Shown here piece by piece: positions 19,715 through 29,677 of a DNA stretch of 64,000 bases. The stretch is from Candidatus Latescibacterota bacterium (GTDB lineage Bacteria; Latescibacterota; UBA2968; UBA8231): contig OZ242214.1 of the NCBI GenBank assembly GCA_965206595.1, forward strand, positions 608,001 through 672,000, written 5' to 3'. Numbering within the stretch: the first letter of the stretch is position 1; each line of letters opens with the position of its first letter. The notes under the pieces are model-generated. The model was not told where the DNA came from. It made no database searches and was given only the letters and a program-made list of their open reading frames with translations. The position numbers were made by a program, and so were the translations under genes.

Positions 19715-20497
19715 ATGATCAACAAAGGCGGTAAGCCCATCTGTGACCTTGAGACTTGGCGTCGCTTAGCTGGCCCCAAGAAACCGGAACATTGGAAGGA
19801 TGGCCGGAGCGCCAAAGAATCGGCTCGGGCGTGGCTTGAGCGCAATCCTGACTGCGTTCCCACAGAGATTGATCAGGCATTCCGCGCGCACCCGGACTTC
19901 GGCAGGATCCTCCCCGGGTGGTCGGCAGAACCCGAGGCTCGCGTCACCTTCGATTCGTTCGGAGGCGAGCCATCGAACCTTGATGTGCTTCTCACGGCAG
20001 AAGACGAGAAAGGCCCGCTCGTGATTGCGGTCGAGGCCAAGGCCGATGAGACGTTCGGAAAGACCGTCGAGGACACGCTACAGGAGGCGTGCAAACGAAA
20101 GGCAAAGAATCCACAGTCGCGGGGGGTGGACCGCCTCGAACAACTAGCCGCTGCCATCCTCGGTGTGCCCACTAACCGGTTGTCGGAGGTTGGAAAGCTG
20201 CGGTATCAGCTTCTCACGGCATCTGCGGCGGCACTGGCTGAGGCTCAGCGTCAATCAGCCTGTCGTGCTGTGGTAATCATCCATGAGTTCGTGACAGGCC
20301 AGACGTCTGATCAGAAGCATCTTGACAACACGAAGGATCTCGACGCATTCGTCCACCAAGTGTCGAAAGGGGTGGTGAAAACCGTGGCTGAGGGGACCGT
20401 GCGGGGACCTTTTGAGTTGCCTGGCGACCCGCTGATCCATTCACCGATTCGGTTCTACATCGGCAAGGCGGTCAGAAACCTTCGGAGCATGCGGTAA
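19715..20497 (+). CDS. DUF6946-like PD-(D/E)xK nuclease-fold protein
   Basis: HWKDGRSAKE, PE, NLDVLL...AVEAKADETFG and LRYQLL motifs. Confidence 0.65.
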   Translation: MINKGGKPICDLETWRRLAGPKKPEHWKDGRSAKESARAWLERNPDCVPTEIDQAFRAHPDFGRILPGWSAEPEARVTFDSFGGEPSNLDVLLTAEDEKGPLVIAVEAKADETFGKTVEDTLQEACKRKAKNPQSRGVDRLEQLAAAILGVPTNRLSEVGKLRYQLLTASAAALAEAQRQSACRAVVIIHEFVTGQTSDQKHLDNTKDLDAFVHQVSKGVVKTVAEGTVRGPFELPGDPLIHSPIRFYIGKAVRNLRSMR

Positions 20498-20690
20498 ATA
20501 ACTCCCCAGGGAAAGGTCGCCAACATGGCATCCGTTGGCCTTTTCCGCGACGACGGTCCCAATCAGGGGCGGCCCCACGACCCGGGCTTTGCCCCATGGA
20601 ATTCGCCGCCGCTGGAGGACTTCCCGAAATTCCCGAAAGGATCGCTCCCTTCTTTCCCATCAACTCGTCGCACCTCAACACGGACTCTCC

Positions 20691-21629
20691 ATGACTGAAC
20701 AACCATTGCATACCGACGACTCCTTCCCGGCGATGACCCCGGCGCAGCGGCTGTACTTCGAGGTCAACGGCTATGTCGTCATCGAGAACGCGCTGACCGC
20801 GGCCGAGTGCGAAGAGCTGCTGGCAGCCCTGGAGGAGCTGCGCGCCCGCTTCGAGGCGGAGGAGAACCCCGCCGAAGCGGTGATCGGCTGCGCCCTCGTC
20901 GAGTCCTGGAAGCCGCCGCACTATTTCAGCTGGGGCCACCTCGTCCAGGCGCACCCGGCGTTCTGCCGCTATCTCACCCACCCCCGGCTCGTCGCCCTGG
21001 TCGAGGAGGTGGTCGGCGGCAAGGTGCGTCTCGACGAGTCCGGGGCCATCGTCAACCGCCGCCTCCCGGACTTCGACCCCGGGGCCCGGTTCCGCTACCA
21101 GTGGCATCGCGGCGGCCAGCCCGGCTTCGACAGCTACACCTACGGCGGCCTCTACCACTGCACCTTCGTCAAGACCCTGACCAACCTCAGGGACCTCGGT
21201 CCCGAGGACGGGGGCACCGCGGTCATCGCCGGCAGCCACAAGCTCAACTGCAACGAGGACGACATGGTCGGCGCCGCGTACGAGGATCCCGCCCTCGTCC
21301 ACCAGGTGGTGGCCCCCGCCGGTTCGACCCTGATGATGTGCGAAACCCTCATCCACGCCACCGGGCAGAACCGGGGGGACGGGGAGCGCGCCATCATCAT
21401 CGGCGGCTACTCGCATCCCAAGGACATGGCGATGGCCGGCTGGGAACCGACCCCGGAGTTCCTCGAGACCCAGTCCGAGGAGGTCAGGGAGCTGCTTTCC
21501 GGCCGCCCGTTCTGGACCTGGCCGGAACGCCACCGCAGGCTCGGCACCCCCGCCGGCGCCGGCGGTGTCTACAAGGCGCGCATGTGGTCGGTCTCCCACG
21601 GCGACAGCCGCTGGAACGAACCCTCCTGA
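20691..21629 (+). CDS. PhyH family dioxygenase
   Basis: FEVNGYVVIENAL, WHRG, DGGTAVIAGSHK and LIHA motifs. Confidence 0.8.
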   Translation: MTEQPLHTDDSFPAMTPAQRLYFEVNGYVVIENALTAAECEELLAALEELRARFEAEENPAEAVIGCALVESWKPPHYFSWGHLVQAHPAFCRYLTHPRLVALVEEVVGGKVRLDESGAIVNRRLPDFDPGARFRYQWHRGGQPGFDSYTYGGLYHCTFVKTLTNLRDLGPEDGGTAVIAGSHKLNCNEDDMVGAAYEDPALVHQVVAPAGSTLMMCETLIHATGQNRGDGERAIIIGGYSHPKDMAMAGWEPTPEFLETQSEEVRELLSGRPFWTWPERHRRLGTPAGAGGVYKARMWSVSHGDSRWNEPS

Positions 21630-21637
21630 AGCGGTCG

Positions 21638-22891
21638 ATGAGCGCGCTGCTCGCCGCCGCGCTGCTGCTGGCAGCCTGCGCTTCCGACGACGGCGGAGAA
21701 GGGCCGACCCGGGTCCTGCTCTGGGAGTTCGGCGGCGTCGAGAGCCAGCACGAGTGGGCGGTCGACGCGGTCGCCCGCTTCAACGCCCGCCGCGACGACA
21801 TCGTGGTCGAGTTCGCCACCCGCGACTGGTGGACTCAGCGCGAGATCCTCATCAGCAACACCATCGTCGGCGAGGGCCCCGACATCATCCGCGTCCACCA
21901 CAAGTACTCCGTCGAGTTCGGCGACGCGGGCGGGCTGCTGCCCCTCGATACCTTTTCCGACTGGCCCGAAATCAGGGACCGCTACTTCTCCAACATGCTC
22001 AACGAGGTGAAGTACGACGGCAGGCATTACGGCATCCCGGTGACCGTGCTCCCCTTCGTGCTCGCCGTCCACCGCGGCATCCTCGACGCACACGGCCTCG
22101 AGGTCCCGCAAACCTGGGACGACATCCGCGCCATGGGCCCGGTGCTGAAAGCGAGCGGCATCCACGCCCTGACCATGCCCGGCGGCCCCAAGGGGGACAC
22201 CTCCTACCGGTTCGTTCCCCTGCTCTACAAGGCGGGAGGCCGCGTCCTCGACGACGGCATGACCAGGGCGGTCTTCAACGGGCCTGCGGGAATCGCGACC
22301 CTCGAGTTCCTCGTCGATCTGAAGGATCGCGGGTTCGTGCCGGAGGGGAACGCCGCCTACGCCTTCCACGAGAACTGCGCCCACTGGGTATCGGAGCGCG
22401 CCCTGCTGTCCATCGAGGGGCCGTGGTTTCAGAACACCACCTCCACGGGGTACGATTTCGACGTCGCCAAGCTGATGCTGCGGCCGCTGCCGGTTCCCCC
22501 CGAGCCCCTGGAGCCGCGTCCTCCAAAAACGCTGATCGACGTGGTGATGGTGGCGATTACCGCCTACACCCGGGTGCCGGAAGCGGCCTGGACGGTGCTC
22601 AAGGAGCTCTACGTGTACGACCCGGTCTGGCAGACCGCCGACCCGGAGCAGTCCGGGTTGCCGACCCAGAAGTCGGCCTTCGAGACCCGGGCGTTCGAGG
22701 GGTACATCGACATCGACGTCATGGCCGACGAGGGGACGCGCGCGCTCGGGTGGCCGCCGCACCCGGCGGTCTCGCAGATCGCCCGCCGCCTCGCCGAGGC
22801 GGTCAACGAGGCGTTCTCGGGAATGGCGACGCCGAAACAGGCGCTCGACAATGCCGCGCGCGACGTCGACGAGGTTCTCGCCGACTACTGA
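21638..22891 (+). CDS. Sugar ABC transporter substrate-binding lipoprotein
   Basis: LAAC lipobox; GPDII, YDGRHYGIP, VPQTWDD and TPKQALD motifs. Confidence 0.88.
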   Translation: MSALLAAALLLAACASDDGGEGPTRVLLWEFGGVESQHEWAVDAVARFNARRDDIVVEFATRDWWTQREILISNTIVGEGPDIIRVHHKYSVEFGDAGGLLPLDTFSDWPEIRDRYFSNMLNEVKYDGRHYGIPVTVLPFVLAVHRGILDAHGLEVPQTWDDIRAMGPVLKASGIHALTMPGGPKGDTSYRFVPLLYKAGGRVLDDGMTRAVFNGPAGIATLEFLVDLKDRGFVPEGNAAYAFHENCAHWVSERALLSIEGPWFQNTTSTGYDFDVAKLMLRPLPVPPEPLEPRPPKTLIDVVMVAITAYTRVPEAAWTVLKELYVYDPVWQTADPEQSGLPTQKSAFETRAFEGYIDIDVMADEGTRALGWPPHPAVSQIARRLAEAVNEAFSGMATPKQALDNAARDVDEVLADY

Positions 22892-22986
22892 ACCGCGTAT
22901 TGGATGGGGTGGTCGTCGCTCTGCGGCGACTGTTACCCGGAGGGCGGGGTTTCAGCCGCGGACGACTGGAGGGACAGCCGGGTCAG

Positions 22987-23631
22987 CTATTCCGCTTCCA
23001 GGATCTGGGGATCCAGCTGATACCAGGCCACTTCGCCCGAGTCGATGAGGTCCTGGATCCGTTCATCCCGGAACAGACCCGCAACAGCTGCATGGGAGCG
23101 CCTGCCGGTGAACCTCGTCAGGAACCCGGCATTGCGCAGCGCCCGGGTGGTATCCCGTCCGTTGGCCGTATAGGAGATCTCCACGGCGACGTAGCAGGTT
23201 GCGCCCTCCTGGTCCGTCGCCTCCATGATCAGATCCGCCCGGCGAAAGCTTCTCAGCTCATTGGTGGGGATACCCGACGTGTCGGCCTGGTCGATCAGGT
23301 CCCACAGGTCGTCCCGGGTGAGGTTTTTGGTCCTCCGGAGGCTCATCTCCCGGGCGACATCGGTAACCTCCTCAAGAGCGGCGTTGCGGGCGAGGATCCC
23401 CTTGAGAAGGCCTGTATCGTTCTGGACGGACTTCACCCCGGTTTCGAGACTGTCGAAGCGCCGGTTCGCCTCCGCGACGAAGCTGGTCACCTCCGCGACG
23501 AACAGGGTGAACTTTTCGGGAAGCTCGATCAGCTCGCGCGTCAGCAGCCGGGCGCGCATGGCCTCGAGCCACTGGGGGTTTTCGTCCAGGACCTGGATCA
23601 AGTCCTCTATGGTATGGATGGTGGTGCTCAT
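22987..23631 (-). CDS. Coiled-coil plus PD-(D/E)xK-like domain protein
   Basis: ADLIM...YVAVEISYT..GRDTTRA. Confidence 0.6.
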   Translation of the reverse strand: MSTTIHTIEDLIQVLDENPQWLEAMRARLLTRELIELPEKFTLFVAEVTSFVAEANRRFDSLETGVKSVQNDTGLLKGILARNAALEEVTDVAREMSLRRTKNLTRDDLWDLIDQADTSGIPTNELRSFRRADLIMEATDQEGATCYVAVEISYTANGRDTTRALRNAGFLTRFTGRRSHAAVAGLFRDERIQDLIDSGEVAWYQLDPQILEAE

Positions 23632-23737
23632 CGCATTACCTCAACAGGCGTTGGCTACGCCCTCGCACATCGAGCGATTCTTCAAATTGGACGTGAATAA
23701 GATAGTTGATGCGACGGTCTTTGAATTTGCCGATTCA

Positions 23738-23894
23738 TCACCTGCTCAGGGAACCAGATACAGACTGCCCACACCGTCGACATCATAGCTCTGACCCTTG
23801 GTCGGCACCCACCTTGCCCCGGACCTCACCTGCTCACGGAGCCAGGTACAGACTGCCGACACCATCGACGTCGTAGCTCTGTCCCTTTGTCGGC
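23738..23894 (-). repeat. 69-bp direct repeat of the 3' end of the beta-helix gene (23738-23806 and 23826-23894)
   Basis: 60/69 identical; encodes PTKGQSYDVDGVGSLYL(V/A)P*. Confidence 0.95.
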
Positions 23895-26500
23895 CTCCAC
23901 ATGATCCACCGCTGGCCGCTTACGCGCCGCACCGTGAGATTGAAACGGATGCGTTGGCCCGGAGAGATCCCGAGGTTCGCCAGCGGCACCTCCCACTCGG
24001 CGCTCCACCGGCCATCGCCGAGGCGGGCCCCGTACCTCACCCCGCGGGCAAGCCGTTGCCTCGCCTCGTCGCTCGAGCCCGTCTCGTCCGTGGTCTCCCA
24101 CGTCCCTTCGGTGTAGCCGCGCAGCACCTGCGTTTCCGCGAAGAGATCGTCCGCGGCCTTGAAGGCGAGCTCCACCGCGTCGCTGCCCCCCCAGATGGTT
24201 CCGAGATCGCGGGTTTCGGGGAGCTCCGTGACCAGGCCCACCCTGAGGGCGGCGGCGTCATGGGTCAGCCACGCCCGCGCCGCCGGCTCGACGAGGGCTC
24301 CCGACACGTGCGCCTCGAGGACCATGGCGGCCTCCGCGGAGAGGCCGCCCCACTCCTCCGGCTGCAGCTCGCCGTCCACGGCTATCTCGGTCGCTGAGCG
24401 CGGGACCGTGAACACCGGGTCGGGAGACAGGTCGGCCTGCGGAACCGGTTCGGGAAACTGCACCGGCCTCACCTCGTGAATCGGCGGCCAGCTGGCACGG
24501 CGCTCGTCCTCGTACAGTCCCATCATGGAAAGCGGCAGGGGCTCGAACCCGATCGCCGAGACCGCGGCGGGGTCCCGGAACTCCAGCGTGGCCGGGCGGC
24601 CCTGGTCGTCCTTGACCAGGCGGACCCATTCCGGGTCGCCGTCGAAGGCCAGGTTGTCCTGGATGGTCTGGAACTTCCTGGTGGCGTTGTTGATGTCGTC
24701 CCAGATGCCGCCGGCGCTGATGTTGCGGCGGAACAGGTTGCGCTGCGGCACCCCCAGCATGTCGTCGAGAATCCCGGGCAGGGTCGGGTAGCGCCGCGCC
24801 CAGACCTCGCTTTTGTAAGGCACCGCCCGCAACCCCTGGTGAAAGGTCCACGAGGTGTCGCGGACCATCTCCCTCTGCCAGCCCATGCCGCGGTTGTCGA
24901 GATGGACCGCGGTCCAGCAGTCGATGAAGACGTTGTTGGTCACCGTGTTGTCGACGCCGCCGCCGATGAAGACGGCGTTGGTCACGCTCTCGAAGAGATT
25001 GCCGTGGATGTGGTGGCCGCTGTGCTGGTCGTCGAGATAGATGGTCATGCCGCCGTGCCCGTCCGCCCCGAGAATCTGGTGCCAGTAGTTGTAGCTCAGT
25101 ACCGTGCCGCGCTGGGTAAAATCGCGGCCGACGTAGAAGGCCCCGGCATCGCGGCTCTCGTAGACGACGTTGTGGATCTCGTTGTACTCGACGATGTGGT
25201 CGTTGCCCCCTGCCGACAGCGCCATGTGGGGGCCGTCGTGAATCAGGTTGTGGGCGATGCGCCCGCCGACGCCGTAGGTGCTGATGGCGGACTGGTAGGT
25301 GCGTTTTCGCCGCGAGTAATGGTGGACGTGGTTGTTCTCGGCGTTGTGTCCGGACGGGGTCAGGGTGGCGCGGTTTCCCCCGTTTGTGTGGATGCCGCCG
25401 GTGCCGGTGTGGTAGACGTCGCAGCCGTAGACCTCGTGGTTCGAGCCCCCGTTCACCTGCACCGCCCGTCCCCCGGTGTTGCGGATCGTGCAGCCAACCA
25501 CCTTGCAGCCGGCGCCGCCCTCGATGGCGATCGCCGTTCCCCGCGAGGCTTCGAAGACGATGCCCCGGAAGGTCACGTGCCGCAGCTCTTCGGCCCGCAC
25601 CAGTCCGTCGGAACGGGACAGGACCGCCTCGCCCGACGGGGAGGGCGGCCAGAAGTAGAGCCGGCCCTTGCCGCGGTCGATGTAGTACTCGCCCGGGCGG
25701 TCGATCTCGCTGAGCAGGTTGAAGGCGTACCACCGCGCCGGCCCCGGGTTGATGCCGTAGGTGGGAGTGATATCGGCTGAACGCAGCAGCACCCGTTGCG
25801 CCGGATCGATGGCGGCGATCGGCTCGTACAGCTCGGCCCAGTCGTAGCGCCAGTAGGCGAGGATCCACGGCTCGGCCTCGCCGACCCAGCGCTCGAGCCG
25901 GTCGCTGTCGATGGTGACGCGCTCCTCCCCCTCGACCTCGTGGATGCCGCGAAACCCTTCGTTCGGCCAGCGCGCCAGCGTCATCGGCTCGTCGTTCCAG
26001 AACAGCTCCGCCTCGATCCAGCCGTACTCCTCCCGGGGGATGCCTGAGGCGGATCCCCGCCGGCCCAGGCGTCCGTAGTCGTCGATCCCCTGGGCGCGCA
26101 GGTCGGCCGCGAGCACGTGGGGGCGCGCCTCTGCGGGCAGGCGTCCGAGGACGTCCTCGTCGGTGACCGGGCCCCATCCGGCGACCGGCTGTCCGCCGCT
26201 GAAGCGCACCTCGGCCCCGGGAACCGCCCGGTAGGTCACGGGCGCCGTCTCGGTGCCGGAGTCTTCCGCGGAGAAAAGGACCGGCCCGGCGAAGCGGTAG
26301 GTTCCCTCGGCGAACCAGACGGTCAGCGGCGTCTCCCCGGTTTCCAGTTGCCGCACCCGGTCGCGGGCGCCTTCGAGGGTGGCCAGCGGTTGCGCCTGCG
26401 TACCCGGAGCGCCGTCGTCGCCCTGCGGGGATACGTGGAGATCGGTTTCGGCGAAGCAGAGGGAGGCGGTCGTGGCTGCGGCCATGGCGATTCTCTTCAT
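23834..26500 (-). CDS. Secreted right-handed beta-helix (pectin lyase-like) protein with C-terminal CBM9-like domain
   Basis: HVSPQGDD...PLATLEGARD, LARWPN, DAGAFY and IYLDD motifs; C-terminal IAVDGEL..EEW. Confidence 0.8.
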   Translation of the reverse strand: MKRIAMAAATTASLCFAETDLHVSPQGDDGAPGTQAQPLATLEGARDRVRQLETGETPLTVWFAEGTYRFAGPVLFSAEDSGTETAPVTYRAVPGAEVRFSGGQPVAGWGPVTDEDVLGRLPAEARPHVLAADLRAQGIDDYGRLGRRGSASGIPREEYGWIEAELFWNDEPMTLARWPNEGFRGIHEVEGEERVTIDSDRLERWVGEAEPWILAYWRYDWAELYEPIAAIDPAQRVLLRSADITPTYGINPGPARWYAFNLLSEIDRPGEYYIDRGKGRLYFWPPSPSGEAVLSRSDGLVRAEELRHVTFRGIVFEASRGTAIAIEGGAGCKVVGCTIRNTGGRAVQVNGGSNHEVYGCDVYHTGTGGIHTNGGNRATLTPSGHNAENNHVHHYSRRKRTYQSAISTYGVGGRIAHNLIHDGPHMALSAGGNDHIVEYNEIHNVVYESRDAGAFYVGRDFTQRGTVLSYNYWHQILGADGHGGMTIYLDDQHSGHHIHGNLFESVTNAVFIGGGVDNTVTNNVFIDCWTAVHLDNRGMGWQREMVRDTSWTFHQGLRAVPYKSEVWARRYPTLPGILDDMLGVPQRNLFRRNISAGGIWDDINNATRKFQTIQDNLAFDGDPEWVRLVKDDQGRPATLEFRDPAAVSAIGFEPLPLSMMGLYEDERRASWPPIHEVRPVQFPEPVPQADLSPDPVFTVPRSATEIAVDGELQPEEWGGLSAEAAMVLEAHVSGALVEPAARAWLTHDAAALRVGLVTELPETRDLGTIWGGSDAVELAFKAADDLFAETQVLRGYTEGTWETTDETGSSDEARQRLARGVRYGARLGDGRWSAEWEVPLANLGISPGQRIRFNLTVRRVSGQRWIMWRPTKGQSYDVDGVGSLYLAP

Positions 26501-26561
26501 GATTAACCGGTTCTTTCCGCCGGAGCGGTTCTCCGGCCGTTGTCCTGCCGGCGGCGAACCA

Positions 26562-27545
26562 TCAGGCGTTGACGTCGACGATGACCCGGCCCCGGACCTT
26601 GCCGTCGAGGATCTCCCGGCCCAGCCGCGGCAGCTCGTCGAAGCCCGCCACGGTGCAGATCGAGTCGATGCCCTCCGGGGGCAGCACCTCGGCCAGCCGC
26701 TGCCACGCCGGGAAGCGGCGTTCCGCAGGATAGGTCACCGAGTCGATGCCGAGGAGGTTGACCCCGCGCAGCAGGAAGGGAATCACGGTGGTTTCGAGCT
26801 TGCTCCCGCCCGCGAGGCCGACCGCGGCGACCGAGGCGCCGTGATCCATCTGCGCCAGCACGCGGGCCAGGGTGGTGCCCCCCACCGAGTCGATGCAGCC
26901 GGCCCAGCGGGCGCTTTCCAGCGGCTTGCCGGTCGCCTCGGAGAGATCCGACCGCGGCATGATTCCGGCCGCTCCGAGACCTTCGAGGTACTCCACCAGT
27001 TCAGGGCGGCCGGTCGAGGCAGCCACCTCGTACCCGAGGGCGGACAGCAGCAGCACCGAGAAGGAACCGACCCCCCCCGCGGCTCCGGTTACCAGCACCT
27101 CCCCCCGCCCCGGCTCCAGGCCGTGGGCTTCCAGGGCTTCGAGGGCGATGGCCGCGGTGAGGCCGGCGGACCCGAGGCCCATCGCCGTGCGGGCAGACAG
27201 CCCCGGGGGCAGCTTCACCGGCCATGCGGCCCGCAGCCGCGCCCGTTGCGAGTACCCGCCCCAGTACAGCTCGCCGACGCGGTGCCCTGTCGAGACCACG
27301 GCATCCCCAGGCTCGAAGCCGGGGTCGGAGCTGGCGGTCACCGTGCCGGCGAGGTCGATGCCGGGCACGTGCGGGTAGGTCTTCACGAGGCCGCCGAGCC
27401 CGTTGAGGACGAGGCCGTCCTTGTAGTTGAGGGAGGAGTATTCGACCGCTACCTCGACCTCCCCTTCGGGCAGCAGGCTTTCTTCGACTTCTTCCACCGA
27501 CGACGAGATCTCGCCGTTTTCCCGGCGCAGAACGAGTGCTTTGAT
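26562..27545 (-). CDS. YhdH/AcuI family NADPH-dependent MDR oxidoreductase; apparent ATC start
   Basis: YSSLNYKD, PGIDLAG, VTGAAGGVGS and PFLLRGVNLLGIDSV motifs; GGAGG-N6-ATC AAA GCA CTC GTT. Confidence 0.85.
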   Translation of the reverse strand: MKALVLRRENGEISSSVEEVEESLLPEGEVEVAVEYSSLNYKDGLVLNGLGGLVKTYPHVPGIDLAGTVTASSDPGFEPGDAVVSTGHRVGELYWGGYSQRARLRAAWPVKLPPGLSARTAMGLGSAGLTAAIALEALEAHGLEPGRGEVLVTGAAGGVGSFSVLLLSALGYEVAASTGRPELVEYLEGLGAAGIMPRSDLSEATGKPLESARWAGCIDSVGGTTLARVLAQMDHGASVAAVGLAGGSKLETTVIPFLLRGVNLLGIDSVTYPAERRFPAWQRLAEVLPPEGIDSICTVAGFDELPRLGREILDGKVRGRVIVDVNA

Positions 27546-27715
27546 AGGGGACCTCCCTTTTCGAACGAGTCAATCTACCCAATCCGCTTCGCCTGGCGAA
27601 AAACGGCAGGTGGGGTATCATTCGGCTGCCGCGACCGGGTCACCCCCGGGGCGGGGGCCTGGCTGCCAGCGGCGGCTGGGATCATCCCAACGCAGACACG
27701 GACAGAGAGGCAATC

Positions 27716-28687
27716 ATCGAATACCGGACACTCGGCAGAACGGGCGTCAAAGTCTCGAACCTCTGTTTCGGCACCATGTCGTTCGGGGGGGACGCGGACG
27801 AAGCGGCGAGCGCGGCGCTCTACGCCCGCTGCCGCGACACAGGCATCAACTTTTTCGACTGCGCCAACGTCTATTCCGGGGGCCGCGCCGAAGAGATCCT
27901 CGGCAAGCTGATGGCTCACGAGAGAGACGACCTGGTGATTACCACGAAGGTTGCCGGCGGCACCGGCAGCGGCCCGAACGCCCGCGGCACGTCGCGCCGG
28001 CACCTGACCATGCAGGTCGAGAACAGCCTCCAGCGCCTCGGCACCGACCGCATCGACATCTACTTCCTCCACCACTTTCACGGCGACACCGCCATGGAAG
28101 AGACCCTGCGGGCCCTCGACGACCTCGTCGATCAGGGGAAGATTCTGTATCCGGCGGTCAGCAATTGGTCGGCCTGGCAGATCGCCCTCGCCCTCGGGAT
28201 GTCCGAGATGCGGGGGTGGGCGCGGTTCGCCTGCATGCAGCCGATGTACAACCTGGTGAAACGACAGGCCGAGGTGGAGCTGCTGCCGCTGGCCCAACAC
28301 CAGGAAATGGGGGTCATCACCTATTCGCCGTTGGCCGGCGGACTGCTGACCGGGAAGTACGGAGCCGGCAAACCGCCGAGTGGCAGCCGTCTGCTTTCGT
28401 CCGAGGTCTACACCCGGCGATATGCCGATGAGGGGTATCGCGAAGTCGCCGGCCGCTTCGTCAAATACGCCGAGGATTGCGGCATCCATCCGGCGACCCT
28501 GGCCGTGGCCTGGGCAGCGGGCCATCCGGCGGTTACGGCCCCGATTATAGGAACGCGAAATCTCGAGCAGCTGGAGTGCTCCCTGGCCGCAGCGGATCTC
28601 GAAATTACGGACGAGATGCGCCGGGAGATCTCGGCGCTTTCGCCCCGGCCTTCGCCGGCCACCGATCGCTCGGAGAAAGCCGCGTAA
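27716..28687 (+). CDS. Aldo/keto reductase; apparent ATC start
   Basis: xEYRTLGRTGVKVSNLCFGTM, FDCANVY and YSPLAGGLL motifs. Confidence 0.88.
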   Translation: MEYRTLGRTGVKVSNLCFGTMSFGGDADEAASAALYARCRDTGINFFDCANVYSGGRAEEILGKLMAHERDDLVITTKVAGGTGSGPNARGTSRRHLTMQVENSLQRLGTDRIDIYFLHHFHGDTAMEETLRALDDLVDQGKILYPAVSNWSAWQIALALGMSEMRGWARFACMQPMYNLVKRQAEVELLPLAQHQEMGVITYSPLAGGLLTGKYGAGKPPSGSRLLSSEVYTRRYADEGYREVAGRFVKYAEDCGIHPATLAVAWAAGHPAVTAPIIGTRNLEQLECSLAAADLEITDEMRREISALSPRPSPATDRSEKAA

Positions 28688-28879
28688 GGGCAGGCGGACC
28701 CGCCGAAGTCCCGCTGTCCGCCGCCGGCCGCTCCTTCAATCGATGGGCGCTTCTTGTCCGTCGGCATGTATCTGCCTCGGCAGACCCTGCCAGCGCCCCG
28801 TCCGGGACTTTGCCCCGGGGCCAACGGGCGAAGGCTGTCCCCCTTGGTCGCTTCTCCCGTCGCGGGCTTCACTGCGCGA

Positions 28880-29677
28880 TCAGCAGATTCGCAGGCTTCC
28901 GCCGGCTCCTTTGACCTTGACGATACTGCTGCGGATGGAATTCAGCACCACCTGGGAGCTGACCCCCGTCATCGGGCTGGAGCGGCTCAGGCTCATCTCG
29001 ACGTCCCGGCCGCGCGCCTGCAGGTGGATGGAGGATTTGTCGAGGTCGGGGTCGGCGATGAAGAGCGAGCGGGTGCGGTCGAAGCCGATGCCGGCCAGGG
29101 CCACGGCGGCGTGCGAGTTGACGTTGCGCGGAAACAGCGGGCAGATGCCGCGGGTGGGGCCGTCGTAGAGCACGGTGGCGCCTTCCTCCTGCCGCCGGGA
29201 GGCTTCCGGCAGGGCGCCGCGGTCGACGCTGCCGGCCGGCTTCTTCATGGTGAACGTCACCTTCTCCCAGGAATCCCGCCCTTCCTCCAGCGCCTCGAGG
29301 CCGATGGCGGTGCCGTGCGGGATGTAGAGGGAGGTCCCGTTCCTGTCGGCCGTGGAGACCAGCTTCTCCTCCAGCCGGGGATCGGCCAGAGCCGTGAGCG
29401 ACAACGGCATGTAGTCGGTGACCTCGAGGAAGGCGGCGCCGTGCTCGCGCGACACCGACGGATGCGCCAGCTCGACCACGAGGTCCGCCCGGATGCGGCT
29501 GAAGCCGGCGAGATCGGCAAGCCTCAGGGGCGGCGGAATCTCCTCCAGTTTCGAGGGGTCGGCGTCGTTGACGAACGCTACCTCCAGGCCGAGCCCGGGA
29601 TTGCCGGCGAGGTGGCGGTACACGGCGCCGCCGATGTAGCCGCAGCCGACGATCCCGATCCGCGCCCTGTCCGTCAC
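28880..29677 (-). CDS. Aspartate dehydrogenase (NadX)-like protein
   Basis: IGIVGCGYIG, LVVELAHP and FPRNVNSHA motifs. Confidence 0.75.
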   Translation of the reverse strand: MTDRARIGIVGCGYIGGAVYRHLAGNPGLGLEVAFVNDADPSKLEEIPPPLRLADLAGFSRIRADLVVELAHPSVSREHGAAFLEVTDYMPLSLTALADPRLEEKLVSTADRNGTSLYIPHGTAIGLEALEEGRDSWEKVTFTMKKPAGSVDRGALPEASRRQEEGATVLYDGPTRGICPLFPRNVNSHAAVALAGIGFDRTRSLFIADPDLDKSSIHLQARGRDVEMSLSRSSPMTGVSSQVVLNSIRSSIVKVKGAGGSLRIC

